A DNA stretch of 64,000 bases from Vicugna vicugna (taxonomy: Eukaryota): contig MU058781.1 of the NCBI GenBank assembly GCA_013265495.1, positions 4,899,050 to 4,963,049 of the forward strand, in the 5' to 3' direction. A program made the position numbers and the translations under genes. The notes beneath the pieces are model-generated. The model ran no database searches. It was not told the DNA's origin and saw only the letters and a program-made list of their open reading frames with translations. Shown here piece by piece: positions 25,885 to 38,800 of the stretch. Positions within the stretch are counted from its first letter, which is position 1; each line of letters opens with the position of its first letter.

Positions 25885-26045
25885 TTTAAAAAATTTAATT
25901 TTTAAAAAAACTAAAAAAAATTTTATACGGGGGTGAGGTAATTTAGGTTTATTTATTTATTTTTAAACAGAGGTACTGGGAATTGAACCCAGGACCTTGT
26001 GCATGCTAGGCATGCACTCTACCTCTGAGCTATATACCCTTCCCT
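25885..26045 (-). mobile_element. tRNA-derived SINE (camelid Vic-1-like)
   Basis: Minus strand: GGGTATATAGCTCAGAGGTAGAGTGCATGCCTAGCATGCACAAGGTCCTGGGTTCAATTCCCAGTACCTC (A and B boxes) plus A-rich tail. Flanks ctagagaagtcaaat / ctagaaaatcaaat look like a degenerate TSD. Confidence 0.9.
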
Positions 26046-28089
26046 CTAGAAAATCAAATGTTGAATATATTGGGAGGCCTCAGTGTCCTAAGGCAGCGGG
26101 GCTTGTCCACAGGCTCTGCCTTCCTCTCCCGTTAGTTTATTGCCCCTGGCGAGCTGTCTATCTCCCCATCTGTGTATTATTTCTCCAAAATCTTTTAGGA
26201 GGCTGCCTAGAGTGTGGTGAGCTCAATGAGTGTAAGTGTATAACACTGGATTTTGCAGTGGTGAAGATACTATTTTTCATCATAGAACAATTCTTAGTCA
26301 GATGTGTACGATTCAGACTGGTGAGGAGTATGAGGCACATTCATGGACTTACTCTTATGCTCCTCATTCATTATTAGTATTTGCTTCCTGTCTTTAATCA
26401 CAGGTTCATTATGGATGTGACTAAAACAGTACCTGTCAGTGAACTTAAATTAAATCATCATTTCCAAGTGATAACATAATCACAATGGGAGCTGGTGTGG
26501 TTGAACGATGGACCTTCCATTTCAGTTGAGAGGCAGTCAGGCTCTCAAGCTATTTTTAAGGGAGAATCTAAAATAGCTTCTCTAAGTAATTGGGTTTATT
26601 GATTTTTTTTTTTTAATTTCAAGACATTGGACTGATTGGGGAGTTTTGTACCAAACGCACAGGAAATAATAAGTGGAAGTAATGAGAAAGAAATCCTTTC
26701 TCAAATATTTTCTTAAGCTGTATTTTGTTGGGTTTTCCAGAAACTTTTCTGTTCGTGCTACAGAAAATGGATTGCCACCAGATTCTCTCTTTGTATTTCA
26801 GGGCTGTGCTGGCACTTTATACCCTCACGGCCTCTGTGGGCTTGTGGACGTGTCCCCTTCCCTTGCTGGAGCATCTCCCAGATGTGTTTCTTTGCATCCC
26901 ACTGAGAAGCAATTCCACTTTCCTCCCAGTTTATTGCCGGCCGTGTAATTTTGTTTATGATGTTTTTGTTGCTGGTGGTTTTTCTCCTACTCTGTACTCT
27001 GACTCAGGAAGCCCATCTCCTTTTCTATTTATGGTAATTACTAGAGAGCATTTTATTTTGGCCCTTGGGGAGTGCCTGCTGGGTTTCTTTGTGTGGGCAT
27101 GCATGTTAAAATTGGAAAGTGTTTTCTTTGAGGTCAGGGCTTTTATAAAACGGTCTGAAAAGTTTGTCAAACCCCAACTGACCATTAAAAAAAAAGACTT
27201 CCAGGATAACCTCTCCTCTGTCCCTTCCTTTTTCCTACCATCTTTTTTTCCTTTTAAGTCTTTCGTCATCAACTTTGTGGGTAAATTGAGTACCTTCCTA
27301 CCCTGTTGGAAGGACGAGACCTGCTTCTCTTGTGTGTGGGGTGGACAGGTCTCTCCAAGAGCGGCTGTGTTACTGGGGAGTGTGAAGGGCAGGAAGGTGG
27401 CAGGCAGGTAGCTCAGTGCCTCCTGATGTGTTCTAGAGGCCCGCTTATCTGGAAGCCGTAATTGAATTAGATGTTGAAGTGGGCAGGAGATCTCACAGAG
27501 TAGAGGCTTTGTTCTGATGGCACAGGGAGAGGAACGGAAGCCTCAGTTGTGTCTTACTGGTAACCCAGGGCTGGCGCTATGCTGCAGCGGCTTGAGTTTT
27601 GGGTTGAGAGAATGAACATATGCAGGTCCCCTTCCCCCGCCTTAATTTAGTTCTTAGTTTCCAGTGATGGATCAAAGATGATCTGCCTTTTCAGTTTCTT
27701 CCTCCTGGTGCAGGTAGATCTCCGAGCAGTCCTAACCTAGTTTCCTGATACTCATACTGAGATGTTATTTTTGTATTTATTATTGACAAATCAGAACTTA
27801 GCTCTGACCATAAACATGCAAGGTTGGTTTTCCTCATTCAGTTGAAGGTGTTGAAAGCTTTGAGTAGCTTATTTAGTATGATTTGATTCTTTGAAGGCAG
27901 TAGGGACTTGTTTTATGTTTCAGAGAGAGAAAGCTTTAGTATCAGGCAAAACTTCGTTTTTCCTGATTTTAGGGACTACTGAACCCTCAATTTTAGAGGA
28001 TTACTGTCAAGGAAATAAAAGTGTATTAAAACATTCTGTGTGTTCTATTTAAATAGTTACCTGATTCCCTTAGTTACATGGGTTTCGTC

Positions 28090-28109
28090 TTTCTCTCTTT
28101 CTTTCTTTC

Positions 28110-28157
<48 letters not shown>

Positions 28158-28278
28158 TCCTTTTCTTTCTTTCCTTTTCTTTCTTTCTTTTTCTTTCTTT
28201 CTTTTTCTTTTTTCTTTTTCTTTTTTCTTTTTCTTTTTTTCTTTTTCTTTTTTTCTTTTTCTTTTTCTTTCCTTTTTT
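28090..28278. repeat. (TTTC)n grading into (TTTTTC)n polypyrimidine microsatellite
   Basis: About 190 bp composed only of C and T. Confidence 0.97.
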
Positions 28279-29439
28279 TAATTTGAAAGCTTCCTTTCCT
28301 CAACGCTTGCTTACTAAGCTTCTGTTGTGTACCTGGCCTGATGTTAGGAAGTTGTCAGGATGTGGATGATTTTAGTGCCGTGAGACTTATTCTGTGGCGT
28401 GTTGTTGGATAGGCGGCGCCAGGGCTGAGTTCCAGAGCCCTGATTCTGAGTTTACCGAAATCAGGCTACACCCTGAACCAGAGAATGGTGATGAGCTGTG
28501 TCCTTTATAAAGCTCCCCAGAGGATTTCCAGGGCAGCCAGTCTCAAAGACAAGTATTGCTGGTGTTCTGGCGACGCGCTTCTGGTGCTGTTCAGACTTGA
28601 ACCCAAATCACCAGCAGTGGAGATGCAGAGAGAGGACTGGTTAGGAAGACGGGAATGTGGGTTTTGGGAGACCCCTATGAAGAGCATTTTAAGGAGAGAA
28701 AAACTTTGTTTTAAGAGCTTAAGGTTTCCTGAAGTTGAGAAATTGAAGGAGAAAGCCCAGCGTGGGCATGGCCGAGGATGTGACTCCCGGATGGGTGCAG
28801 TACAATATAAAGTTGACTGTCTAGCGGGAGTTGTTCTCTGCTGTTTTCCTCCAGGTCTCAGGGGCCCAGCCAGTAACTGGCACTCAGTCGGAGCTGCTCT
28901 GGAACTTCCCAGGATGCACTTGAAATAGAACAGGTTGTAGTCTGTCTCACCTCTTGTGTATGTCTTTCTGCTTTGTTGACCACTTGAAAACTTGTCTGCA
29001 TAGTCGGTTGTTGTCCAGGGTGTCCTGTGAGCATATTTTGGTACCCTGGGAGAGCTGGCCTCAGACCTGCCTCTGTCTGCCGGGGACTGGACGTCCGTCA
29101 TTCTCATTTGCGTGTGAAGCTAAATGTTAGAGGGGGTGTCTGGGTGTGGGTGTGAAGACAGATGAGTGAGTGGTTTTATGACTCACATGGCTACACAAAA
29201 CTTTCTTACCAGCGATAGCTGTTGAGCTAGTGTGGCCCGTGCTGAGCAGATTGCTAAGGTCTCCTGTCAATCACTGAACTGTTCTGATGTCAACTGTAGG
29301 TGTTTCTAGAATGACTCGAGTGTGTGAAACATTCCTTTTCTTCTGTGTTCAATCCTCTGCCTTCATTCACTCTATTTTAAACCATCATTTCCCCCAAGAC
29401 CCTGAAAACCCTCTTAGCCATAAAATGACTTGGCCAGGT

Positions 29440-30090
29440 CAGCTGGCCCTTATGTGACTTCACTCCTGACTTGATAAACTACGTTTTTCTGTCCTTTGAT
29501 AAAGTACCTAAAGTTGGATTCTAGGTTTGATGGTTAACCACCAGGCTTATTCAGATCTCTGGCTCTGACACATGGCATGGACTCTGACCTCTCCTCCAGG
29601 GTCTGTGTAGACATCCCCAACTTGGCTTGTCTAAAATCTAAGCTCTTAATTCCTCCTTCCCTTCTATCTGCTCCGAAGTGCTCTTTTTCAGACGTGCCCT
29701 TCATTCCGCCAGCAACCACTCTATGTCCTGAGATGAAGGATTTGGGGGTTAGTCTCCGATTCCTCCTTTCCCACAAATTCCCCATCAACACCGGGTTGGT
29801 TCCGCTTTCAAAGTGTTTCCACAATGTAATCAGTGTCCTTACATCCTCTTGCTACCTCCTTAAAGTTCTCACATCTTATGTAGGCAATTTCCACAGCCTT
29901 TCTTATTCCCTCCGCCCCCTTTCCTCCATGGTTTGTTCTCATCCCAGCAGCCTGTTCTGAGCTTTTAAAAATGTACATCAAATTATGTTACTTTGCTCAG
30001 AACTCCTCCCCTGGTTTCCCATCGAGGGTAGAGTTGTCATCTCCCCACTTCTGCTTTATTCTTTCACACACATTACCTGATGTGTAAATA
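29440..30090 (+). mobile_element. L2 fragment
   Basis: ctctgacctctcctccagg...acatccccaacttggcttgtctaaaatctaagctcttaattcc...ttttaaaaatgtacatcaaattatgttact; pyrimidine-rich L2 sense pattern. Confidence 0.6.
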
Positions 30091-30349
30091 GTAAACTTTT
30101 ACTTAACATCTGCTGTGCTCATAATGAGTTTTATTTCTTTTATCAATGAAATGTCAACATAGGAGGAAATAAGATGTAGCTTCTAGATGGCCATATTTGC
30201 TTTTCCTAACTCCTTTGCTTGAAAATGAGATTGCATATATGCCATGTCATCTTTTGAGGTGGGGATCAACCCTCATGACTTTGGGGGACTTTGTCAGTTG
30301 ATAGGTAAGCGTGAATCTTTTCATTCAATCATTCACTGGTATATCACGA

Positions 30350-31098
30350 TTTTTAAAATTTGAAGTATAGTTGATTTACAATGTTGTGTTAGTTTCTGTT
30401 GTACAGCATTTTGATTCAGTTATATATATATATATATATTCTTTTTCATCTTTATCATTATAGGTTATCACAGGATATTAAATACAGTTTCCTGTGCTAA
30501 ACAGTAAGACTTTGTTGTTTTTCTGCATAATACTATCTTCAAATCCCGGACTCCTAATTTATCCCTCCTCCCCCTTTCCCCTCCTAGTAACCAGAAGTTT
30601 GTTCTCTATGTCTGGGAGTCTATTTCTGTTTTGTAAATAAGTTTATTTGTGTCATTTTTTAAGATTCCACATACAAGTGGTACCATATACTATTTGTCTT
30701 TCTCTGTCTGATTTACTTTATTTACTGTGAAAATCTCTAGGTCCATTCATGTTGTTGCAGATGACATTTCATTCTTTTTTATGGCTGAGTAGTATTCCTC
30801 TGTGCTGTGTGTGTACCACAGCTTCTTTATCCAGTCATCTGCCGATGGGCATTTATGTTGTTTCCATGTCTTGGCTGTTGTAAATAGCAGTGCTGCTATG
30901 AACATTGGGGTGCATGTGCCTTTTTGAAGTAGAGTTTCTTCTGGATATATATACCCAAGGGTGGGATTGCTTGATCATAGAGTAAGCCTATTTTTAGTTT
31001 TTTTTACGGAATCTCCATACTGATTTCCATAGTGGCTGCACTAATATACAATTTCACCAACAGTGTAGGAGGGTTCCCTTTTCTCTAAGCCCTCTCCA
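30350..31098 (-). mobile_element. Younger L1 3' end (about 750 bp, 5'-truncated), antisense, with internal (TA)n
   Basis: ttgaagtatagttgatttacaatgttgtgttagtttctg...agattccacatacaagtg...ctctaggtccattcatgttgttgcag...caccaacagtgtaggagggttcccttttct, the L1 3' end type typical of cetartiodactyls/laurasiatherians. Confidence 0.9.
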
Positions 31099-31809
31099 TG
31101 TCAGGCTTTGTAGAGCTAAAAAACAAAACAAAACAAAACTGTAGGAAGTCTTATTTTTCATGACAGAAGCAATACCAGAACTGGCTTGGATACAGGAGCC
31201 AGTGAAGATACTCAGTTTTGTTCAGATGGCAGAAATAATTGTGATCTTTGCAAACCATTGTGAACTAGTCATACAGTTAAATTTTGTCAGTGGACTAGGA
31301 GTAGATTAACTGATAGGAAATACATCAGTTAAAAAAATTGGTATCTTGTACTGAGGGTCCTGGTCACATAGAATCATGATTTATATGCATTATAAAAACC
31401 AAGAGAGCTATGGGTAAATACTGAAAAACAGACAGAGCTGGTAAATTGAGCCTAATTGACTGTTTATGTATTTCTTGGTACTAAAGTTTTGATGTAAAAA
31501 AATTTGAGGATGGACTTTTATCTGTATTTAGAAAGTCTGTTCTTTACTGTTGAATTACTGTTGAAGTCATGATCAATATTTAGTTAATGATCACCAGTTC
31601 TTCTGTTTCCTGGTGTCTGTTTTGAGATGAGGATGCCAAGTTGAGAGCTGTTGCCTCTACTTGAGATGCTCACCCCTTGTCGGTTGGGGCAGGGGATTGG
31701 GAGTTCTAGAGATGGGGAAGAATTAAAGCCTTTGTGGTGAGTTGGGCTTACCATAGCGGCTTCAATACATTTAAATAAATACAATACAAAATAATTTATA
31801 GGCCATGCT

Positions 31810-32400
31810 AAGAAATTTGGAAATTAGCCACTGGGAAGGCCACACAGGGCTTTTGAGTAGGCGGGAGGAGTGTGGTGGATTTGGTGGTTTTAGGGAGTAA
31901 CACACTGCAGTGTGGCTGTTTTAGAGAAACAGTGTGTGGAAGATGGTTGGACTAGCAGTTGGTTGGTAGTGGTCATCAGGAGGGTTTCTTCTGTAGGAGA
32001 GGAGGTGATGAGAGCCAGTTTTAAGTCTGTGTCTAAGGACAGGTAGCATTAACTGGGTTTGGAGGGGAATATGAACAATTAGAAAGAATTTGCAGGCCCT
32101 GCTCAGGATTCTAAACCCTGAGTAGCCAGGCCCGGGGTTGGGATGGGGATGGGGATGGGGGGTAGACTTAACAGAGAGAGAGTCCCACGGGGAGATAGGA
32201 GGGTGTGGGAGGAGATTGTCAAGCAAAGGACTTAGTAATCATGGGTATTTAGATCATAGAGATTGGGGAGGGCAGAGGAATCAGAGTTGAAGGGTAGGGA
32301 GGAAACAGGAAAACCAGGGGAGAGTCAGGTTACCAAATAAATTGCATTAGATTTGGCAATTACATGTTTTGTGGCATTGAGAACAGTTTTCATTCAAAGG
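31810..32400 (-). mobile_element. L2 fragments, antisense
   Basis: agccactgggaagg...ggcttttgagtagg...; cattagatttggcaattacatg...gagaacagttttca; purine-rich. Confidence 0.5.
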
Positions 32401-32407
32401 CTGTGAA

Positions 32408-32540
32408 CAGCTGTGGTTCTCAAATGTGTTCCCTGACCAGCAGCCTCAGCAGCACCTGGGAGAAAGTCCGGTGGAACCAGCAGTGTGTGGTTTGTTAAGC
32501 CCCGGGGTTGTCACAGATGCTCAGGTTGGCAAGCACTCAA
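32408..32540. mobile_element. MER5-family (hAT-Charlie) fragment
   Basis: gtggttctcaaatgtgttccctgaccagcagcctcagcagcacctggga. Confidence 0.7.
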
Positions 32541-33796
32541 CAGAAACCCAGCACTGGAATCCACGTCTCTTCTACCCTGAGACCACTGTTTATATGTGTT
32601 CTCTCTATTGAGATGGTTTTGGATACCTCCAGTGCACTAGACTCATTCCTTGGGATGAGTTGGGAACACAGAGATTTAGAAAGATGTGGCAGGTCCTCTG
32701 GAATCAGACTAGTTAGGACACAGTCTGTCTTAACCTCAGGTCCATCATTTGGAAACATTTGACACTGCTTTTCACAGACTAGTTCTAGGATGTAGAGGAA
32801 AGACTGTATGAGAAACTAGTAGTGTGTGGCCTGCCACACAGTGGTCTGCATGTGCCTTTAGTGGGAGGCACAGCTTGAAGGGGAGACAGGCATTAAGATT
32901 GTTCCTGGAGGCCCATTCATTCCCGAAATGACAGGGTGCAAACCCATCCCGGGGTGGTCCCAGAGGGTATGATAAAAGGGGGACAGGGTGAACATGGTGT
33001 GATGTTAACGTACATTAAATCCAAGGATAGGATTTATTTCTGTTCTTTAGAATAATCTGAAAATTTTCATACAGTGGCCCCCAACCAAGGCCCTAGTGGT
33101 TTCCAGTATAGCATGACCAGATGACCAGTCCTCTGGGAATGTGTGTATGCTTATGTTTTATTTCCTGGATGGAGGTCCTTGTGGGGCCAAAAAAGCCAGC
33201 AAGTCAGTCAGGTATTGAGTGAGCTTATAAAATGACCCAGCAGTGTCCTGGGAAGAAGCAGAAGTGTAAAAATTGCCCTAACCTTTGGCCATGGTATGCC
33301 CTTAACCTTGACTGGCCCTGGCAGGAGGCGGGACGGTAATCAGTCTCAGAGGCTTGGGTCCCCCTGTTGGTGCTGGGAAGACTGGCTGGTGGAGTGCTGG
33401 CTTTTGTCTGGTCTTAATCCCGAAGGATTTATTTTGTAGGGGAATTCCTTAGAAAATGGTTTGAAGGCATTCTAAAGCAGTGTGTGTTACCAGGTTTTCC
33501 TTATAGACTGAAGAATCTTATAATAACTTCATCCTCAGAATTTTCATATACTCCCCGCAAATCTGAATTGGAACCACTTTCCTGAGACTTGTATGGGTGC
33601 ATATCTGTTCTTACCTATTTTCGACTCTGGTTTTCTTGTGTAAGGTGAATTCTGACATTATGCTCTACTCAGCCTAGCAGGAATATTCCAGAAAGATACA
33701 AGTTTTGAAGAGTCTCAGGGAGATAATGAAATGTGTTGGCAAGTAACACAGTCAACTCAAAACCCTGTCCAATTAATTGTAAGGACTGCTCTGGAA

Positions 33797-33980
33797 CAGT
33801 GCTGTCCAGTAGAACTTTCTGTAAACATTCTGTAGCTGTGCCATTCATTTTGGGAGACATATGGCTGATGAGCACTTGAAATATGTCCGGTATGACTTAA
33901 GGAAGTTAATTTTTTAAATTTAATTAAGTTAATTGTAAATAGCTGCATGTGGCTGGTGACCGTTCTATTGGATAGTGCAG
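33797..33980. mobile_element. MER3 (hAT-Charlie MITE), near full length
   Basis: Starts cagtgctgtccagtagaactttctg and ends ttctattggatagtgcag (imperfect inverted ends); internal tggctgatgagcacttgaaat and AT-rich core. Confidence 0.8.
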
Positions 33981-36933
33981 CTTAGAATATGCCATTTGAG
34001 GGATTTGGGGGGTATTTTATTAACCTAAAAACGCTCGAACGATTAAAAGACCCAAACTCAGCCAGAATTCCTTTGGGAACCTGCTTGTTAATAATTTATT
34101 CCCAAATGAGGTTGTTGTAGAGGTGCACGTTGGCATTGCTCATTGTTCCTCATTCTGATTTTTTTTCCCAAGACACTGGTCCAATATTTATTTGTAATTT
34201 GACTTAGTATCCTCTCCCCTCTCAGTTCCCTCCACTGAAGGTAGATTGCCAGTGCGATTTCTGCTGGATTCTTGGAGATAATCCTGTTGTCGATCTCAGG
34301 TCTTTTTTGATGATGTTGAAACAACAAACTGTCAGACCAAGAACTGCAAGGGGTGGGGGTTTGCACCCTGTGTTGCGTGGCCCTCACTGCTGTTCGCTGA
34401 CTGCACCGTTTAACCATGAACGTGCGCCGCCACAGCCCAGGCTGCCGCTGCCTTGACAACGGCGGTGTCTGACACGCTCAGACGCAAAAGAGCTGACTTG
34501 GCAGCTGCCCAGCAGATTTTTATAAAGGCTCAGTTGGTGGCCAGAGATTCAGGCTGTCAGAGTTGTGTTATGCAATAAATCGTTTTCAGCAGAAGTTCTT
34601 AATCCAATTTCAGCTGTGGCTTTTTTTTTTTTAAATAGGCGGTAATCAAAGATAAGTACACATTATTTAATGGGAGTTTGGAAGAAGTAAAACTCTCCTT
34701 GCATAAGCATTTTTCAGGCCGTTTACTTTATCCTGGGAAGCATGTCTGTTGGAGGAAATTTGCTGCTTGAAGTGCTTTTAATTTAAAACCAAGGCAAAGG
34801 AACAATGTTCACAAGTTCAGTAAGTCAGTGGCTTCCTGGGCATTTATCTGATTTCTAGATGTTAATATTGCCTGATTTCTCTTTGATGTTTGAGTATTGA
34901 CAGTTAAACCATTTTATGGAATTTATAAAAATGGGTTTGCATCAAGTTGATTTGAGAAATTGAGTTGATTTCCTGTGAAGGAAATATTTTGTTAAAAGGG
35001 GAAGAAACAGTACTTTTAGCCTAAGTTGTGCCCTTCTCTCACATTTTCGTTCAATATTTCTCTCTCTCTGGCTCTGTAAACCCTTGATTATATGGAATCT
35101 GTGCCAAGAATCAACATCCCCCCCCCCCAAATTATTGTTATTTTTGATGCTTTCATTGTTCTCTCAAACTGTTGATGGAAGAGGCTGACATTTCAGACAG
35201 CAACAACTTGCATTAAGTGGAATGATTTAACAGCAGGTAAATGCAAAACTTGTTCTCTTGGAAATAAAAGACATTCATGGAGAGGTTTCCAGATATTTTT
35301 CCCTGGAAGGAGGAAAGGATTAGGAATTCTTTCTCCCCACCTTCCTCCTAGACCAGTCTTTCAAATTTTGTTTTCTTATTGGTCATCTGTGCTTCGGTCA
35401 GTCAAACCCACCTTCTCTCTCTGCCACCCCACCCCCATTATGTGGCATTTCCTGTTAATCCAACCCGGGGTGGGGAACTGGACATCACACTTCATTTTTT
35501 TTTTAAGGGTGGAAAGTAACAAATCTGTCCACTCCCAGAGCGTTGGCAAGGTGGATAGAAATGGGATGTATGCACATGGTTGTATTGGTAACTCATCCAG
35601 TGGCTCCTGTAATCCAAACACATGTTGTTTGTTTTAGAAGTTGTGTAAGTTTTAATAACTAGGTTTCATGTTAGAAGGTTTTCCTGCCTGTGAACCTAAT
35701 GTTCTCTTTCCTCCCAGTCTCTGTGCCCCCATCTGCTTGTTTTACTTACCAGAGCCTGTGAGGAGCGTCTGACTCACTGTGCCCCTTCCCCATGGAGGCA
35801 GGAATGCTTTCTATGGAATGTAATGCCTTCTGCAAGTGCCTGTGTGCACCCCTACCCCAGCAGGTCGACATTTAAAACATTGGTTCAAGGCTCTGGATTT
35901 CAACTTAAAAAGCACTTCTATCCTGCTGTGTCTTGGCTATTGACTTTATTTTTCATAGTGGTGATGTTAAAAATGACCTGTGTGGTAGTGAAGACCTTTC
36001 CTTAATGGGTTCAGATCTGGTAGAAGGGACCTAGTATAACTGGTAGACCTACGCCCTGGTTTCTACCAGTTGTCCCAGCATCATTGTTAACCGTGCCCTT
36101 GGTTGTGATGATGAAATACTTGGTCACTCTACCTGCGATTCATGAGTCTCTTAGGCGGTTAACTATCTTTCATTGGGACCTATTTCATTTTTAAATAGTT
36201 GCATTGTTAGAAAAAAAATTTTTTTAATTGATCAAGAATGTGCTTCCCTAGAACCTATGATTTTTTTTTCATCCTTGTTTCCCCTCTCCTGAATCAAGAT
36301 GGCCTGAATTTGAAACCAGGGAAAAAAAAAACCAAGACAGAGAAATTGCTTACAGACGCTTTGAGAGATGCCCTTAGAACTGATATGCTTTCAGTTACAG
36401 AAGGTAGTTGTAAAGGCCAGTAAGAGGAAACTCCCTCCCTCCCCTGCTCCCCTCCGCTGCCTCCTCTTACTAGTTTCCAGCTCTAGCTCAGGGTCACAAG
36501 TTGTTTCTCATATAACATTTATATTTGCCTCTTGTAATTAGTAATTTTAATGGTGCTTTCATGTAGAAGCCAGTGTGAGTTACATGTTTAATGTTTACTC
36601 TTTAATAACAAATTTCTGAGTTTCAAAATTTCACTTCCTGATCTGGCACCTGCCACACAGTGGACTGGTGGAGCTGGTGACTGTGCCATCCCCTGGTTCT
36701 CTCCAGCCATGGAACCTTTGGGCAAGATACTGAAGCTCATTAAAAAAAAAAAGACACGAAGAGTTTTGTGATTCCTTCCTTTCCCATCCCTTTTAAACTA
36801 AAGGGAGAAAGTATGGTGTGGACCTTGTACAAAGGGAGGCTGAGCAGAGAATCACAGGCGTTAATTGCTCTTAAGTGCTGAGCCCAACATCTAGCATGTA
36901 GTGAGCACCCGGTAGATGTTTGCTGTTGTTACC

Positions 36934-37282
36934 CAGTTGGCACTTCATCTCCATGGGTTCTGCGTTCCTGGGTTCAACCAGTGGAGGATTGAAAACATGC
37001 AGGGGGAAAAATTTCAGAAAGACACAAAAAGCAAAACTTGAATTTGCCCCACCAGCAAATATATGAATATTTGCTCCACCTGTAAAAATGTAAATAACAT
37101 TTACATTGTATGAGGTATGACAAATAATCTAGACATGATTTAAGGTGTACAGTGGAGGGATGTGGATGTTGGTAGGCTATATGCAAATATAACCACTTAT
37201 ATGAGAGACGTGAGCATCCTGGGATCTTGGTATCGTTGGGGGTTCCTGGAGCCAATCCCCTGCTGATACTCAGGGATGGCTA
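36934..37282 (-). mobile_element. MER2 (TcMar-Tigger) non-autonomous DNA transposon, near full length
   Basis: Minus strand reads ...ccctgagtatcagcaggggattggctccaggaacccc...gataccaagatcccaggatgctca...atttgcatatagcctac, matching recalled MER2; about 350 bp. Confidence 0.85.
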
Positions 37283-38634
37283 TAACAATTATCATTTTTC
37301 ATATTCCCCCGTTATGACTCCAGTGGGTATCGTCATCTGCCTAGCACCTGTTTTGTAAGCTTGACTGACCTGGGCATCCCTGTTTCCTTGCACTAAAGCA
37401 TTTGGGTGCTCTAAGGAGTATTGGAAGCTGTAAGGAGTATTAGAAGCCCATCTTGTTGAAGAGCTGGCTGTCACTGGAGAGCAGAAGCCCAGGAAGCCTC
37501 CGCTGGGCCCTGTGGCCTAGTGGAGGGCATGGCTTTACTATATCAGTGACCTGATCAGTTTTGAGACAATCAATTACAAGAATCCTTGGTGCAGTTAGAG
37601 CACATTAAATCAATAACCCAGCGTTTTAAAGCATGGGCCATGGAGAGGTGATTTGAACGGTCAGCAAATTAATGTTAAGATGGTTTGGGGCTTTATTTAA
37701 AGTAGCATTGGTTTGAGTTTTCGCCATCAGTGGAGGTTGGGGTAGGTACTGAAGTACTTTGAAAACAGCCAGAGTTTAAGTCCTGCACACTTACATCAGA
37801 GCCCCAGCCTTTCTCCATGAAGGTGCGTGGGTAGGAGACTCCGCAGCCTGTCCTATCAAATAAACCTGGTTAAAGAGAACAACTCGATTTATGTTCTCAT
37901 GCACAGTGACTCTTTTTGTGACCTTTTTGTTTTTAGTTTTTCCCTTAGCAATCAGGAGACCATCGCAGAAAAATTCTATAACTTGGAGCCATTTTTTTTT
38001 TTTTTTTTTGAGTTGGATTCAGCCCTTCCTTTGGGTTTTGTTGTAATGGAGAAAACAAAGTATCTCCGCCCCTGCCCCCACCCCAAATAAAACTACCATG
38101 GAGAGTATAGTTAGCTGCAAGCTTAATGAGATCCAACCGTGTAATGTGGCTGCATTACACTGTATCCTCACTTTTGGATTTGTGCAAGGAAATAGAAATG
38201 ATCTTATTGCATGTGTTGGCCCTGTTCTGGAATACTGTTTATTCACATGTTGAAATGTATGTTTAATTTAATTCCGGGTGTCACATTTTAAACGGAAGTC
38301 ACCCCAGTTTGGGTAATCAGAGAATGAGGATTTGAGAGACTGTGTTACATAGGAACGATTCAAGGAACTAACACTACTTAGTGCCTTACTTTTTTTTTTT
38401 GTTGATTTCACTTTTTGCTATTTGGTCACTTGTTTTAATTCACTGAATTTGAAGTCAAAGGGATTTCTCAGAATATATTAATACAGACCTCTTATTTCTG
38501 ACAGTAGAAATGCCACAGTTAGATGGAGTTCGGAAGCATTCATCTTGGGGTTTCCCCTCATCTTTCCCTTTGCCTTTACTTTGACGGGAATGAGAAAGTG
38601 ATGTGAAATGGGCAGGATGGGGAACCAGTGTGTA

Positions 38635-38800
38635 CAGCCGAGCTTCTGAAACTTTCATGTGCATGAGAATCACCAGCGGATCTTAAAATGAAGATTCTGA
38701 TTAAGTAGGTCTGGGGAGGGCCCCAAGAACCGACATTTCTAACAACTCGCCAAGTGGTTAAGGCACTGGTGGTCTTGGGTGCGCATTTGGAGCTGCCGGG
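38635..38800. mobile_element. MER5A (hAT-Charlie)
   Basis: cttctgaaactttcatgtgcatgagaatcacc...aaaatgaagattctgattaagtaggtctggggagggccc...catttctaacaa. Confidence 0.8.

Noticed and set aside
25970..26045. tRNA gene-like sequence (also near 17740 and 45940)
   Set aside because: A/B boxes are present, but followed by SINE tails and flanked by TSDs; these are SINE heads, not tRNA genes.
26782..26810. Strong-looking acceptor ttctctctttgtatttcAG|G
   Set aside because: No convincing donor at exon-like distance.
26725..27411. Longest ORF in the track (228 aa)
   Set aside because: Non-ATG start, Phe/Leu/Val-rich composition that simply reflects T-rich intron DNA, no recognisable domain.
28040..28369. 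Poly-Phe/Ser and poly-Lys/Arg/Glu ORFs
   Set aside because: Translations of the TTTC microsatellite.
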